A model generated the notes under the pieces. That model ran no database searches and was not told the DNA's origin. It saw only the letters and a program-made list of their open reading frames with translations. DNA of 62,949 bases, the filler included. It is 7 parts of 7 records of this genome, joined end to end, with 100 filler letters (N's around TTAATTAATTAA, not from the genome) between each part and the next. Parts side by side here need not be neighbours in the genome. Positions count along the whole stretch, not along the records: positions 45,879 to 57,748 come from SRR31156797_17151; 6 more parts are not named here. One strand, 5' to 3'. The position numbers and the translations under genes were made by a program. Shown piece by piece: positions 48,742 to 57,848 of this stretch. Each line of letters opens with the position of its first letter. Position 1 is the stretch's first letter.

Positions 48742-50052
48742 ATGAAAAAGCAGTTTTTAATAGTGTTTGTTACCATGTTCTTAATGAATACGTCTGACTT
48801 ATATAGTCAACATGTATTTCAATCGGTAGATGAAATTTGGTTGTTTGCAAAAGAAAATAATCCGGATAATTTAATCTACCAACTTCAAGTTGACAAAGCT
48901 CAGAAAGACCAAAAAATTGCCTACAGCTCATTATATCCAAAAATTAATGCAGGTTTAAACAGTCAATATAATCTCGATATAGCGGAAACTCCATTGCCTG
49001 GTGAAATTGTTGGAAGACCGGGAGAAACTGTTTATGCAAAATTTGGTCAGGAATATAGTTACAATGGTGGTATTACATTTAGCAAAACCTTACTTGATTG
49101 GCAATCCATATTTCAATCTAAAATAGCAAAATCAAACACCTCACTTAAAAAAGTTGAGAAATCATTATTTGAGCAGAACCTTAAAGAACAAATAGCTCAA
49201 GTTTATTATGCTACATTAACAGCACAAGAAGCCGTTGAAAATGCAAATAAAGATTTAACACTTGCAGATTCAATACTTCAAATAGCTTCAGATAGATTTA
49301 ATGAAGGATATATTGATGCTATATCTTTCAATCAGGCTAAAATAAACCGGAATAATGCTTTTGATAAACTGGAACAAAACAAACAATATCTGTTTGAAAA
49401 CAAAATCAATCTGAAAACATTATTAGGTCTTTCAACTGCTGATAAACTGGAATTAAAGGAACAAATTGATTTAAACGACAACAGCACCATCGAAACAGTT
49501 TCGTCGAATGACTTAAATACTAAGTATTATGCCCTTCAGCTTGAAAATGCTTCTATGGAAAGCAAAAAAGCATTATCCCGCTTTTCGCCTAAGCTCGATT
49601 TAATCTATTATTGGGGTGCTGTTCAATATCAACAGGATTTTAAACTTTCACTAAATTCCAACGATTGGCAACCAAATAGCTACATTGGGCTTAATATATC
49701 TATACCATTATTTACTGGTTTTGGTAATAAAAATCAATACAGTTCTGCTAAAATTTCACAAAACATTGCACAGCTAAATTACGAAGAAGAAATCCGTAAA
49801 TCTTCGCTTAATGATAGTGTCCTGTTTAATAATTATTTATCATCAGGTAAATTGGTGTACATAGCCGAAGAAAATCTAAAAATTGCTGATGAAAACGTAA
49901 AGCTTGCATATAGTAAGTACTCGGAAGGACTTATAAGCCTTGATAATTACCTGTCGGTATATGATGATTATCTTGCTGTTGAAAGTCAATATTTCAGCAG
50001 GCTTTCAGACTATCTTATAAATAAAGCAATTATTCTATCACGAAATTCTTAA
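48742..50052 (+). CDS. TolC-family outer-membrane factor
   Basis: AKENNP, LYPKINAG, QVYYATL, IGLNISIPLFTG, YSEGLIS. Confidence 0.9.
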   Translation: MKKQFLIVFVTMFLMNTSDLYSQHVFQSVDEIWLFAKENNPDNLIYQLQVDKAQKDQKIAYSSLYPKINAGLNSQYNLDIAETPLPGEIVGRPGETVYAKFGQEYSYNGGITFSKTLLDWQSIFQSKIAKSNTSLKKVEKSLFEQNLKEQIAQVYYATLTAQEAVENANKDLTLADSILQIASDRFNEGYIDAISFNQAKINRNNAFDKLEQNKQYLFENKINLKTLLGLSTADKLELKEQIDLNDNSTIETVSSNDLNTKYYALQLENASMESKKALSRFSPKLDLIYYWGAVQYQQDFKLSLNSNDWQPNSYIGLNISIPLFTGFGNKNQYSSAKISQNIAQLNYEEEIRKSSLNDSVLFNNYLSSGKLVYIAEENLKIADENVKLAYSKYSEGLISLDNYLSVYDDYLAVESQYFSRLSDYLINKAIILSRNS

Positions 50053-50058
50053 CACAAA

Positions 50059-51144
50059 ATGAACAAAATTCTTATAATATTATCTATAATCATTGTATTT
50101 ATGTTTTCAGGTTGTAATCAGCAAAAAACAACCCAACCAATGCGAAAACATATTGTAGACGCAGTATTTGCAAGCGGAAGTATAGTTAGTGAAAATCAAT
50201 ATGTAGTTACTTCTCAAACAGATGGTTATCTGAACAAATCTTTTTTAGTAGAAGGAGATTCTGTAAGAAAAGGTCAGATAATCTTCCGTATTGAAAATGA
50301 ATCACAAGCAGAACAACTTGAAAATGCACAGGCAAACTATGCATATTCTAAGTTAAATGTAGCAAACAACTCTCCTGTTTTAGAACAATTAATAGCACAA
50401 AGGCTACAAATAAAAAATAAGCTCGTAACAGATTCATTAAATTTTATTCGTCATCAGAAACTAATTAAATCGGGTGCAGTAAGCCAGGTCGATTATGAAA
50501 AAGCTAAAGTAACATTTGAAAACTCAAAACAGGATTTAATTTCAATAAATAATCAGATTTCTGATACGAAAAATAAACTACAATTAGAAGTTACAAAAAG
50601 CAAGGCAAACCTGGCATCGCAACAAAATACGTCATCTTTTTATAACATTAGTAGCAAAGTTGATGGTGTTATTCTTCAGATTCATAAAAAAGAAGGTGAG
50701 CTTGTTAAAAGAGCAGAACCAATAGCCGAAATTGGGTCAGGTACGATATTAGCCAAACTGTTTATAGTGGAAGAAGATATAAATAAATTAATGCTTAATC
50801 AGGATGTGTTTATTGAGTTAAATACCGAGAAAAGCAAAAGCTATAAAGCAATCCTTTCGAAAATTTATCCCTATTTCGATGCTCAGGAACAATCTTTTAT
50901 TGCAGAAGCCCAATTTGTAGATAAAATCAAAAATTTAAAATCGGGAACTCAACTTCAGGCTAATATAAAAACGAATGAGAAATCAAATGCTTTGGTAATA
51001 CCTGCTGAGTATCTTTTACCAGGTGATTTTGTACTAACAAAAACTCAACAGAAGATTAAGGTAACTGTCGGTATTCGAACTTCAGAGTGGATAGAAATTC
51101 TCTCGGGTATAGACGAAACATCAATACTTGTTCTTCCAAATTAA
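50059..51144 (+). CDS. Efflux periplasmic adaptor (MFP/HlyD), lipoprotein
   Basis: Lipobox FSGC, AVFASG, EGDSVRKGQ, ISSKVDGVI, IEILSG. Confidence 0.9.
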   Translation: MNKILIILSIIIVFMFSGCNQQKTTQPMRKHIVDAVFASGSIVSENQYVVTSQTDGYLNKSFLVEGDSVRKGQIIFRIENESQAEQLENAQANYAYSKLNVANNSPVLEQLIAQRLQIKNKLVTDSLNFIRHQKLIKSGAVSQVDYEKAKVTFENSKQDLISINNQISDTKNKLQLEVTKSKANLASQQNTSSFYNISSKVDGVILQIHKKEGELVKRAEPIAEIGSGTILAKLFIVEEDINKLMLNQDVFIELNTEKSKSYKAILSKIYPYFDAQEQSFIAEAQFVDKIKNLKSGTQLQANIKTNEKSNALVIPAEYLLPGDFVLTKTQQKIKVTVGIRTSEWIEILSGIDETSILVLPN

Positions 51145-51150
51145 CCAAAT

Positions 51151-52398
51151 ATGGCAAAATCAGTTAATATACAAATTGCTGGTGTACATCTTACTTCAAA
51201 GATATGGCAAACCGTTGTAGCTGTGCTCGGGGTTACATTTGGGGTATCAATGTATATTTTCATGAATAGTTTCATGAATGGCGTAAACAAAACACAAGAT
51301 GACCTTGCATTTAGTGCTTTATCACATATTCGCATATATAATCATGACAATAACCATTCATTTAATCCTATAGAGAGTCAATACGACAATTCAACAACAA
51401 TATTTAACATTAGCAACAGAAGAAACATTCAGTATACCAGTGGTATTAAGAATTCTTCATTAATAGTTTCTTTAGTAAAAAAACAGGAAGAAGTAGTTGC
51501 TGTTGCACGTCAGATTAACCTAAGCGTATTCTTTAGAAGTGGTTCCAAAAAAATAAATGGACGAATTTCGGGTGTTGAATTAGAGCCTGAAGACAAATTG
51601 TTTAAAAGTTCAGAAACTATTACCGAAGGCAATTGGAACAATCTGTTAACCTATAAATCAGGAATAATTATAGGGAAATTGCTTGCAGAAGATTTGGGGT
51701 TGCATGTAAATAACAGTGTTAACCTGCTTACTTCCGAAGGCATTTCAAAAAATTATATCGTTGTTGGCATATTCGAAAGTTCAATCAAGGATGTTGATAA
51801 AAGTAAAGCATATTTGAATATTGCTGCAGCTCGCCAATTACAAGGCGAAAATTCCGATTATGCAAGCGATATCATGATTAACGTTAAGGACAAGGATAAT
51901 ACAGCGGGGGTTGTCAAGTCCCTTAAGACAATTATTCCTTACCAAATTGAGTCATGGCAAGAAGCAAATGAGCAAATGGTGGCAGGTGCATCATTAAGAA
52001 ACATCATAGCAATAGCCGTTTCGTTCACCATTTTACTTGTGGCTGGTTTTGGTATTTACAGCATTATGAACATGACGATAAATGAAAAGATTAAAGAAAT
52101 AGCCATCTTAAAAGCAACTGGTTTTTCAGGTAAGGATATAAAATCAATATTCCTTGCACAAGCCGGTGCAATTGGACTATTTGGTGGTTTATTAGGGGTT
52201 TTGCTTGGTTACTTAATATCCTTACTAATTAACCAGGTACCATTTACAGTTGCTGGTTTGAAAACTCTACCTATATATTTTAGGGCTCAGGATTTTATTC
52301 TTGCAGTTATTTTTGGGGTATTAACTACGCTTATTGCCGGTTATTTACCATCGAGAAAAGCATCCAAAGTGGACCCTGTAGCTATAATTCGTGGATAA
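51151..52398 (+). CDS. MacB/LolC-E type ABC permease
   Basis: VAVLGVTFGV, VAGFGIYSIMNM, KEIAILKATG, PSRKASKVDPVAIIR. Confidence 0.92.
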   Translation: MAKSVNIQIAGVHLTSKIWQTVVAVLGVTFGVSMYIFMNSFMNGVNKTQDDLAFSALSHIRIYNHDNNHSFNPIESQYDNSTTIFNISNRRNIQYTSGIKNSSLIVSLVKKQEEVVAVARQINLSVFFRSGSKKINGRISGVELEPEDKLFKSSETITEGNWNNLLTYKSGIIIGKLLAEDLGLHVNNSVNLLTSEGISKNYIVVGIFESSIKDVDKSKAYLNIAAARQLQGENSDYASDIMINVKDKDNTAGVVKSLKTIIPYQIESWQEANEQMVAGASLRNIIAIAVSFTILLVAGFGIYSIMNMTINEKIKEIAILKATGFSGKDIKSIFLAQAGAIGLFGGLLGVLLGYLISLLINQVPFTVAGLKTLPIYFRAQDFILAVIFGVLTTLIAGYLPSRKASKVDPVAIIRG

Positions 52399-52399
52399 T

Positions 52400-53077
52400 A
52401 TGGAAAATAATACATCATTAACAATAAGAAACCTTGTTAAATATTTTTATGAACCTGAAACATTTCAGGTACTAAAGGGTGTTTCTTTTCAAGTTAAAAA
52501 GGGGGAATTCCTTTCCATTGTTGGAAAGTCGGGTTCAGGTAAGTCTACATTATTATATGTGCTTTCAACTATGGATACCGATTATGAAGGAATGCTTCAG
52601 ATTAACGGTGATTTAATAACCGGGCAAAGTCAAAATCAGTTAGCAGCATTCCGGAATGAACATATTGGTTTTGTATTTCAATTTCACTATTTACTTCCTG
52701 AATTTTCGTGCTTACAAAATGTGATGTTGCCTGCCTTAAAATTGGGTAAATATTCAACAAAAGAAATTGAACACAAAGCCTATGAAAGCCTTCGACTGCT
52801 CGACATAGAAGACCAGGCACTAAAAAGTGCCAATAAACTATCAGGTGGTCAGCAACAAAGAGTTGCTATTGCCCGGGCACTTATTAACAATCCTTCAATT
52901 ATTATGAGCGATGAACCAACTGGGAATCTTGATTCAAAAAATACTCAGGCTGTACTTGAAATCTTTAAAGGATTGGCAAAAGAAAATGGACAAACCATTA
53001 TCTGTGTAACCCACGATAAAGATTTTGCAAATAAAACAGACCGCACTATTGAAATGGCAGATGGCTTAATTATTTAA
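52400..53077 (+). CDS. LolD-like ABC ATP-binding protein
   Basis: GKSGSGKST, GFVFQFHYLL, LSGGQQQRVAIARAL, DEPTGNLD, VTHD. Start ATG 52400 or GTG 52391. Confidence 0.94.
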   Translation: MENNTSLTIRNLVKYFYEPETFQVLKGVSFQVKKGEFLSIVGKSGSGKSTLLYVLSTMDTDYEGMLQINGDLITGQSQNQLAAFRNEHIGFVFQFHYLLPEFSCLQNVMLPALKLGKYSTKEIEHKAYESLRLLDIEDQALKSANKLSGGQQQRVAIARALINNPSIIMSDEPTGNLDSKNTQAVLEIFKGLAKENGQTIICVTHDKDFANKTDRTIEMADGLII

Positions 53078-53088
53078 CTATCTAAACA

Positions 53089-53337
53089 ATGAAAGAAAAA
53101 GTAAGCAATCGATGCAAAATATTAATTACAAAAAAAATTGCTGATTCTTTATCTGAAAATGAGCAAATCGAATTAAATGAATATTTGACTTCGAATAGCA
53201 TGGCAAAGCAATATTTTGCAGAACTAAAAAGAATTTGGGATTTGACAAACACACTGGTTCCAATAAGTATTTTCAAAACTGATGTATTTGAAGAATGGTT
53301 GAAATTCATAGAATTTCTAAAATCCCAAAAATCCTAA
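53089..53337 (+). pseudogene. Orphan FecR-like anti-sigma N-terminal fragment
   Basis: LITKKIADSLSENEQIELNEYL...FAELKRIWD...VFEEWLKF resembles FecR N-termini. It stops where a TM would begin, and no sigma gene is nearby. Confidence 0.45.
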
Positions 53338-53343
53338 ATTTAT

Positions 53344-54108
53344 ATGAAAAACAAAAAAAGCTTACGTCAATTATACAACTTACTTATATCATTAATCCCA
53401 TTTGTTTTTATGCTCTTTTTAAACAATACTCTTTTTGCTCAAGACTATGAATGGGAAATTGACAGAATCAATAGAAGAGAACGAGAAAAAAAGCGAAAAC
53501 TTGATTCCCAAATGGTTCACTTAAAAAACAACTGGCAATTATCTTTAAGCTATGGACAGTGGTTTTTCTTAAATTCAGCTAAATCCAATGAAGAAAACAT
53601 CTTGGATTTCCCAATAAATATGGGAGCTTGGAACTTGTCATTTTCCAGATACTTTTCAGAATCTATTTCTGTAAATGCTAATGTTGGCATAAATATTAAT
53701 AAGATTGAGCCTGAACCCGATTACAATTCTGTCTTGAGTGGTGAAGATGTTGATATTGAAGGAGGTGGATTAACCTTTATTCCTCTAAGTATTGGAGTTG
53801 ATTACTTTTTCATGAAGCAAAAGTTCCGTCCATTCCTCGGAATTGGTATTGGTTCTGTTTCTGCAAAATCAAAATTCGTTGAAGGTGCTGGTAATATAAA
53901 TGATGGTATTAATAAAGAAGAGCTGGAATTTAGTAGCAAAGCTCCTTTTGTAGAAGTATCAACAGGTTTTGTTTATCGCACTGGAGAAAACGTTCAGCTT
54001 GGATTGAATTGCGACTATGTTCATTCAAAAGGCTTCGGTGAAAATATAGGCTGTTATAAAAGCTTTACTGGATTAAAAATATCAGCCGTTTTTTCTATTG
54101 TCTTTTAA
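53344..54108 (+). CDS. OmpW/OmpA-like small outer-membrane beta-barrel
   Basis: Signal peptide, FIPLSIGVDYFF...FRPFLGIGIG, C-terminal ISAVFSIVF. Confidence 0.7.
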   Translation: MKNKKSLRQLYNLLISLIPFVFMLFLNNTLFAQDYEWEIDRINRREREKKRKLDSQMVHLKNNWQLSLSYGQWFFLNSAKSNEENILDFPINMGAWNLSFSRYFSESISVNANVGININKIEPEPDYNSVLSGEDVDIEGGGLTFIPLSIGVDYFFMKQKFRPFLGIGIGSVSAKSKFVEGAGNINDGINKEELEFSSKAPFVEVSTGFVYRTGENVQLGLNCDYVHSKGFGENIGCYKSFTGLKISAVFSIVF

Positions 54109-54153
54109 CTTCATAGAAAGATAACGGTTCACTAATTATTTTAATAATCAACT

Positions 54154-54186
54154 TGTTCAATTCACCCCCTGTTTTGTTCATCTGAC
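54154..54186 (+). promoter_or_regulatory. Second LytTR-type direct repeat (TGTTCAATTCAC / TGTTCATCTGAC, 21-bp period)
   Basis: Same 12-mer and spacing as 48152-48184, upstream of the TonB receptor. Confidence 0.7.
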
Positions 54187-54262
54187 TGAGTTTTCAATAT
54201 ATAATTAGGCTATCACCCATTAGTTTTGAACTAAAACTATTAAGTAAAGAAATCTACAAATA

Positions 54263-56590
54263 ATGAAAAGAAAAGTATTGTTGATAACAATTTTACTATG
54301 TTTATTTCTGGTGAATGCATATTCACAGGAAAAATATACTATTAGTGGTATTATTTCAGATGCCGAAACAGGCGAAACAATGATTGGAGCTACAATTTCA
54401 GTTAAGGAACTAGCTGCAACAGGAACAATAACTAATGCATATGGTTACTACTCTCTATCCATCCCTAAAGGAGAATACACAGTTATTTTTAGTTATATAG
54501 GTTATAAGTCGATTAAAAAAATAATTAATTTGAATGAGGATAAGCGACTAGACTACAAATTATCACCTGATTCAGAAACTTTAGAGGAGGTTGTTATAAT
54601 AGGAAAAAAGAAAAATGAAAACATTACATCTGAAGAAATAGGAATTGAGAAATTAAAACCACGAGAAATAAAAAAGATTCCTGTTCTATTTGGTGAGCAA
54701 GATGTTATTAAAACACTTACATTAACTCCTGGCGTAAAAACTTCAAGTGAAGGTAGTGGTGGAATGTTTGTGCGTGGTGGTAATAACTCCCAAAACCTTG
54801 TTCTTTTAGATGAAGCTACAGTTTATAATTCAAATCATTTAATGGGATTCTTTTCTACTTTTAATAGCGATGCCATAAAAGATCTTACACTTTATAAAGG
54901 AACAGCACCTAGCCAATATGGTGGTCGTATTTCTTCTGTAATGGATGTTAAAATGAACGAAGGGAATAATCAAAAATATCATATAGGTGGTAGTATAGGA
55001 TTAATATCTGCAAAAGCTAATATAGAAGGCCCAATTGTAAAGGATAAAGGTTCTTTTCTAATTACTGGTAGAAGGACATATGCCGATATGTTTCTAAAAC
55101 TTTCTTCTGATGAATCATTGAATAATAACCAATTATATTTTTATGATATAAATGCTAAAGCAAATTATAAAATCAATCAAAATAATAGAGTTTTCTTATC
55201 AGGTTATTTGGGTAGAGATTATTTCAATATTCAGGATATGTTTGGTTTGGATTGGGGCAATATAACAGGTACGTTAAGATGGAATCATATTTGGAATAGT
55301 AAGCTATTTAGTAATACATCACTTATTTATTCCGATTACGATTATAAAGTTTCAATAATGAATGAAGGAGATGATGATTTTAGCTTAACTTCAGTTATTG
55401 GCAATGTTAACCTAAAGCAAGATTTTCAATACTTTATGAGTGATAAAAGCTCGCTGGCATTTGGTTTATATGGAAGGTATAATACTATTACACCAGGTCA
55501 GGTAGAGTTTTCTGAAGAGTCAGATTTTAAATCCATTGAATTACAAGAAAAATACACTTTCGAAACAGGTGCATATTTTGGACATGACTGGAAACCTTCA
55601 GAAAAATGGAACATTTCCTATGGTGTCCGGTTAAATGCATTTTATCTTTTAGGTGCAGGTGATTTCTATAATTATACTGACGGAAATGTATCAGATACTT
55701 CAACGTTTAAATCGGGTGAAATAGTCCAAAGCTATTATAATTTAGAACCTCGACTAAATATGGCTTATGTATTAAATCAAGCAAATTCATTTAAATTTTC
55801 GTATACCAGGAATACACAAAATCTACACCTGCTTCAAAATTCTAACTCATCAACACCTACTGATATTTGGATATCATCCAGTAACAATGTAAAGCCTGAA
55901 ATTGGCGACCAAATATCTTTAGGGTATTTCCGAAATTTTAATGATAATAAATATCAATTTTCAAGTGAAGTATACTATAAATGGATGCAGAACCAAATTG
56001 ACCTTAAAAATGGTGCAGAGCTGCAAGCAAATGAATTTCTTGAAGGAGAACTATTATTTGGAGACGGAAGGGCATACGGATTGGAATTAATGCTACGTAA
56101 AAAGACTGGTAGATTATCCGGTTGGTTGTCTTATACATTATCTCGAACCGAAAAAAACATTGATGGCATAAACGAAAACAATTGGTATCCGGCTAAACAA
56201 GATGCAACACATGATATTTCTGTTGTTGGTATTTATGATTTAAATGACAAATGGAGTTTATCAGCTACATGGGTATACAATACAGGTAATGCAGTTACTT
56301 TCCCAAGTGGTAAATATGAAATTGATGGTAACGTACAATTTTATTATACCGAAAGAAATGGGTATAGGATGCCAGCTTATCATCGGTTGGATTTAGGTGC
56401 TACATGGAATATTAAAAAGACCGATAAATTTGAGAGTTCACTGAACTTTTCGATATATAATGCTTATGGTCGCAAGAATGCCTATTCCATCGATTTCGAA
56501 GAAGACGAGAACGACCCGACCAAGACAGTGGCAGTAAAAACATATCTTTTTACATACATACCATCAATAACATATAATTTTAAATTTTAA
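54263..56590 (+). CDS. TonB-dependent receptor with N-terminal CarboxypepD_reg-like domain
   Basis: ISGIISDAETGETMIGA, GEQDVIK...PGV, VRGG...QNLVLLD, GRISSV, YHRLD, PSITYNFKF. Confidence 0.93.
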   Translation: MKRKVLLITILLCLFLVNAYSQEKYTISGIISDAETGETMIGATISVKELAATGTITNAYGYYSLSIPKGEYTVIFSYIGYKSIKKIINLNEDKRLDYKLSPDSETLEEVVIIGKKKNENITSEEIGIEKLKPREIKKIPVLFGEQDVIKTLTLTPGVKTSSEGSGGMFVRGGNNSQNLVLLDEATVYNSNHLMGFFSTFNSDAIKDLTLYKGTAPSQYGGRISSVMDVKMNEGNNQKYHIGGSIGLISAKANIEGPIVKDKGSFLITGRRTYADMFLKLSSDESLNNNQLYFYDINAKANYKINQNNRVFLSGYLGRDYFNIQDMFGLDWGNITGTLRWNHIWNSKLFSNTSLIYSDYDYKVSIMNEGDDDFSLTSVIGNVNLKQDFQYFMSDKSSLAFGLYGRYNTITPGQVEFSEESDFKSIELQEKYTFETGAYFGHDWKPSEKWNISYGVRLNAFYLLGAGDFYNYTDGNVSDTSTFKSGEIVQSYYNLEPRLNMAYVLNQANSFKFSYTRNTQNLHLLQNSNSSTPTDIWISSSNNVKPEIGDQISLGYFRNFNDNKYQFSSEVYYKWMQNQIDLKNGAELQANEFLEGELLFGDGRAYGLELMLRKKTGRLSGWLSYTLSRTEKNIDGINENNWYPAKQDATHDISVVGIYDLNDKWSLSATWVYNTGNAVTFPSGKYEIDGNVQFYYTERNGYRMPAYHRLDLGATWNIKKTDKFESSLNFSIYNAYGRKNAYSIDFEEDENDPTKTVAVKTYLFTYIPSITYNFKF

Positions 56591-56594
56591 TATT

Positions 56595-57398
56595 ATGAAA
56601 ATATATAAAAAAACAATAGTATATAATCTTTTAATCGCAGTGATATTATTATCGTCCTGTACAGAAGAAATTGATATAGACCTTAACTCGTCAGATCCGC
56701 AAATTGTCATAGAGGGCAATGTATCAACTAAAGGTGATCCTGTTATTAAGATTACAAAATCAGTAAATTTTGATGAGAGTAATGATTTTCCAAGAGTAGG
56801 AGATGCATTTGTTGAAATATCAGATAATCTTGGTAGTAGTGAAATCCTATTAGAATCCTCTGAAGGTATTTATTCAAGCGATTCTTTTACTGGAGTTGAA
56901 GGCCGAACATACACTCTCAGTATTCAGATAGGTGATAAAACGTTTGAATCTAGTAGCACTGTCCCTAATCAAGTTAGTTTTGATTCTTTAATTGTAAGAA
57001 AAGGTTCTTCACCAGGCTTCCCGGCTGCTCAGGAAAATGATTTATTTTATGAAGTGAGGGTACAGTATAAAGACCCGGTTGATGAGGTAAACTATTACCG
57101 TTTTGTAGAAATTGTAAATAATGAAATCACGAACTCTTATGTCTTTGATGACAGGTTAAATAATGGAGAATTTGTTACCCAACCATTGCTCAACTTCTCC
57201 AGAGAACTTGTCCCTGGTGATGTGTTAGAAATAGAGATGCAGTGTATTGATGAATCGGTTTATGAATATTTCAATAGTTTTGGCAATACGCAAGGAAGTT
57301 CCGCAACACCAGCAAATCCATACACAAATATTATAGGTTCAGAATTGGGATATTTTAATGCACATACCTCGGAAGAAAAGACGCAAATAATTGAATAA
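56595..57398 (+). CDS. DUF4249 lipoprotein (TonB-receptor partner)
   Basis: Lipobox LSSC-TEEIDIDL, IVIEG, DPVDEVNYY, PANPYTNI...LGYF. Confidence 0.85.
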   Translation: MKIYKKTIVYNLLIAVILLSSCTEEIDIDLNSSDPQIVIEGNVSTKGDPVIKITKSVNFDESNDFPRVGDAFVEISDNLGSSEILLESSEGIYSSDSFTGVEGRTYTLSIQIGDKTFESSSTVPNQVSFDSLIVRKGSSPGFPAAQENDLFYEVRVQYKDPVDEVNYYRFVEIVNNEITNSYVFDDRLNNGEFVTQPLLNFSRELVPGDVLEIEMQCIDESVYEYFNSFGNTQGSSATPANPYTNIIGSELGYFNAHTSEEKTQIIE

Positions 57399-57664
57399 AA
57401 GGCTCTTACTTTATTGTAATATAAATTCTATCAAGCTCACAGACGTAAGCACATTTGCAAGCCCACACGAGTCAAGGCTTAAACTAAAGGCATGCAAAAG
57501 AGCTTCCGCCTCTCCAGCCCGAGTAACCGCTTTCTGGGGCGGCTTTAGGATTGCCCATGCTCAAAAAACAAAATAAATTTTTGCTTTGTGGATAGGTTGG
57601 TGCAGATTAGTGACGATTAAAAAATACTAAAGAGCTGATAAACAAACAGTATTGAATAACACCA

Positions 57665-57748
57665 GCCCCTAACAACGGCGAATAAAGCAAAGACGGCCAG
57701 TGCAGTTCGTATGTTGTAGTTTTAATTTAACCCCGCCAAAACTTCGTT
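57665..57748 (+). repeat. Start of a second attC-like site (inverse-core-like GCCCCTAAC), cut by the contig edge
   Basis: GCCCCTAAC at 57665-57673. Its interior TTAATTTAACCCCGCCAAAACTTCGTT resembles TTAAATTACCACCGCCAAGTTTTACGTT inside the first site. Confidence 0.55.
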
Positions 57749-57848
57749 NNNNNNNNNNNNNNNNNNNNNNNNNNNNNNNNNNNNNNNNNNNNTTAATTAA
57801 TTAANNNNNNNNNNNNNNNNNNNNNNNNNNNNNNNNNNNNNNNNNNNN
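57749..57848. other. Artificial contig linker
   Basis: N44-TTAATTAATTAA-N44. Confidence 0.98.

Noticed and set aside
57391-57576. 61-aa ORF after DUF4249
   Set aside because: TTG start and atypical composition. Better explained as a structured non-coding element.
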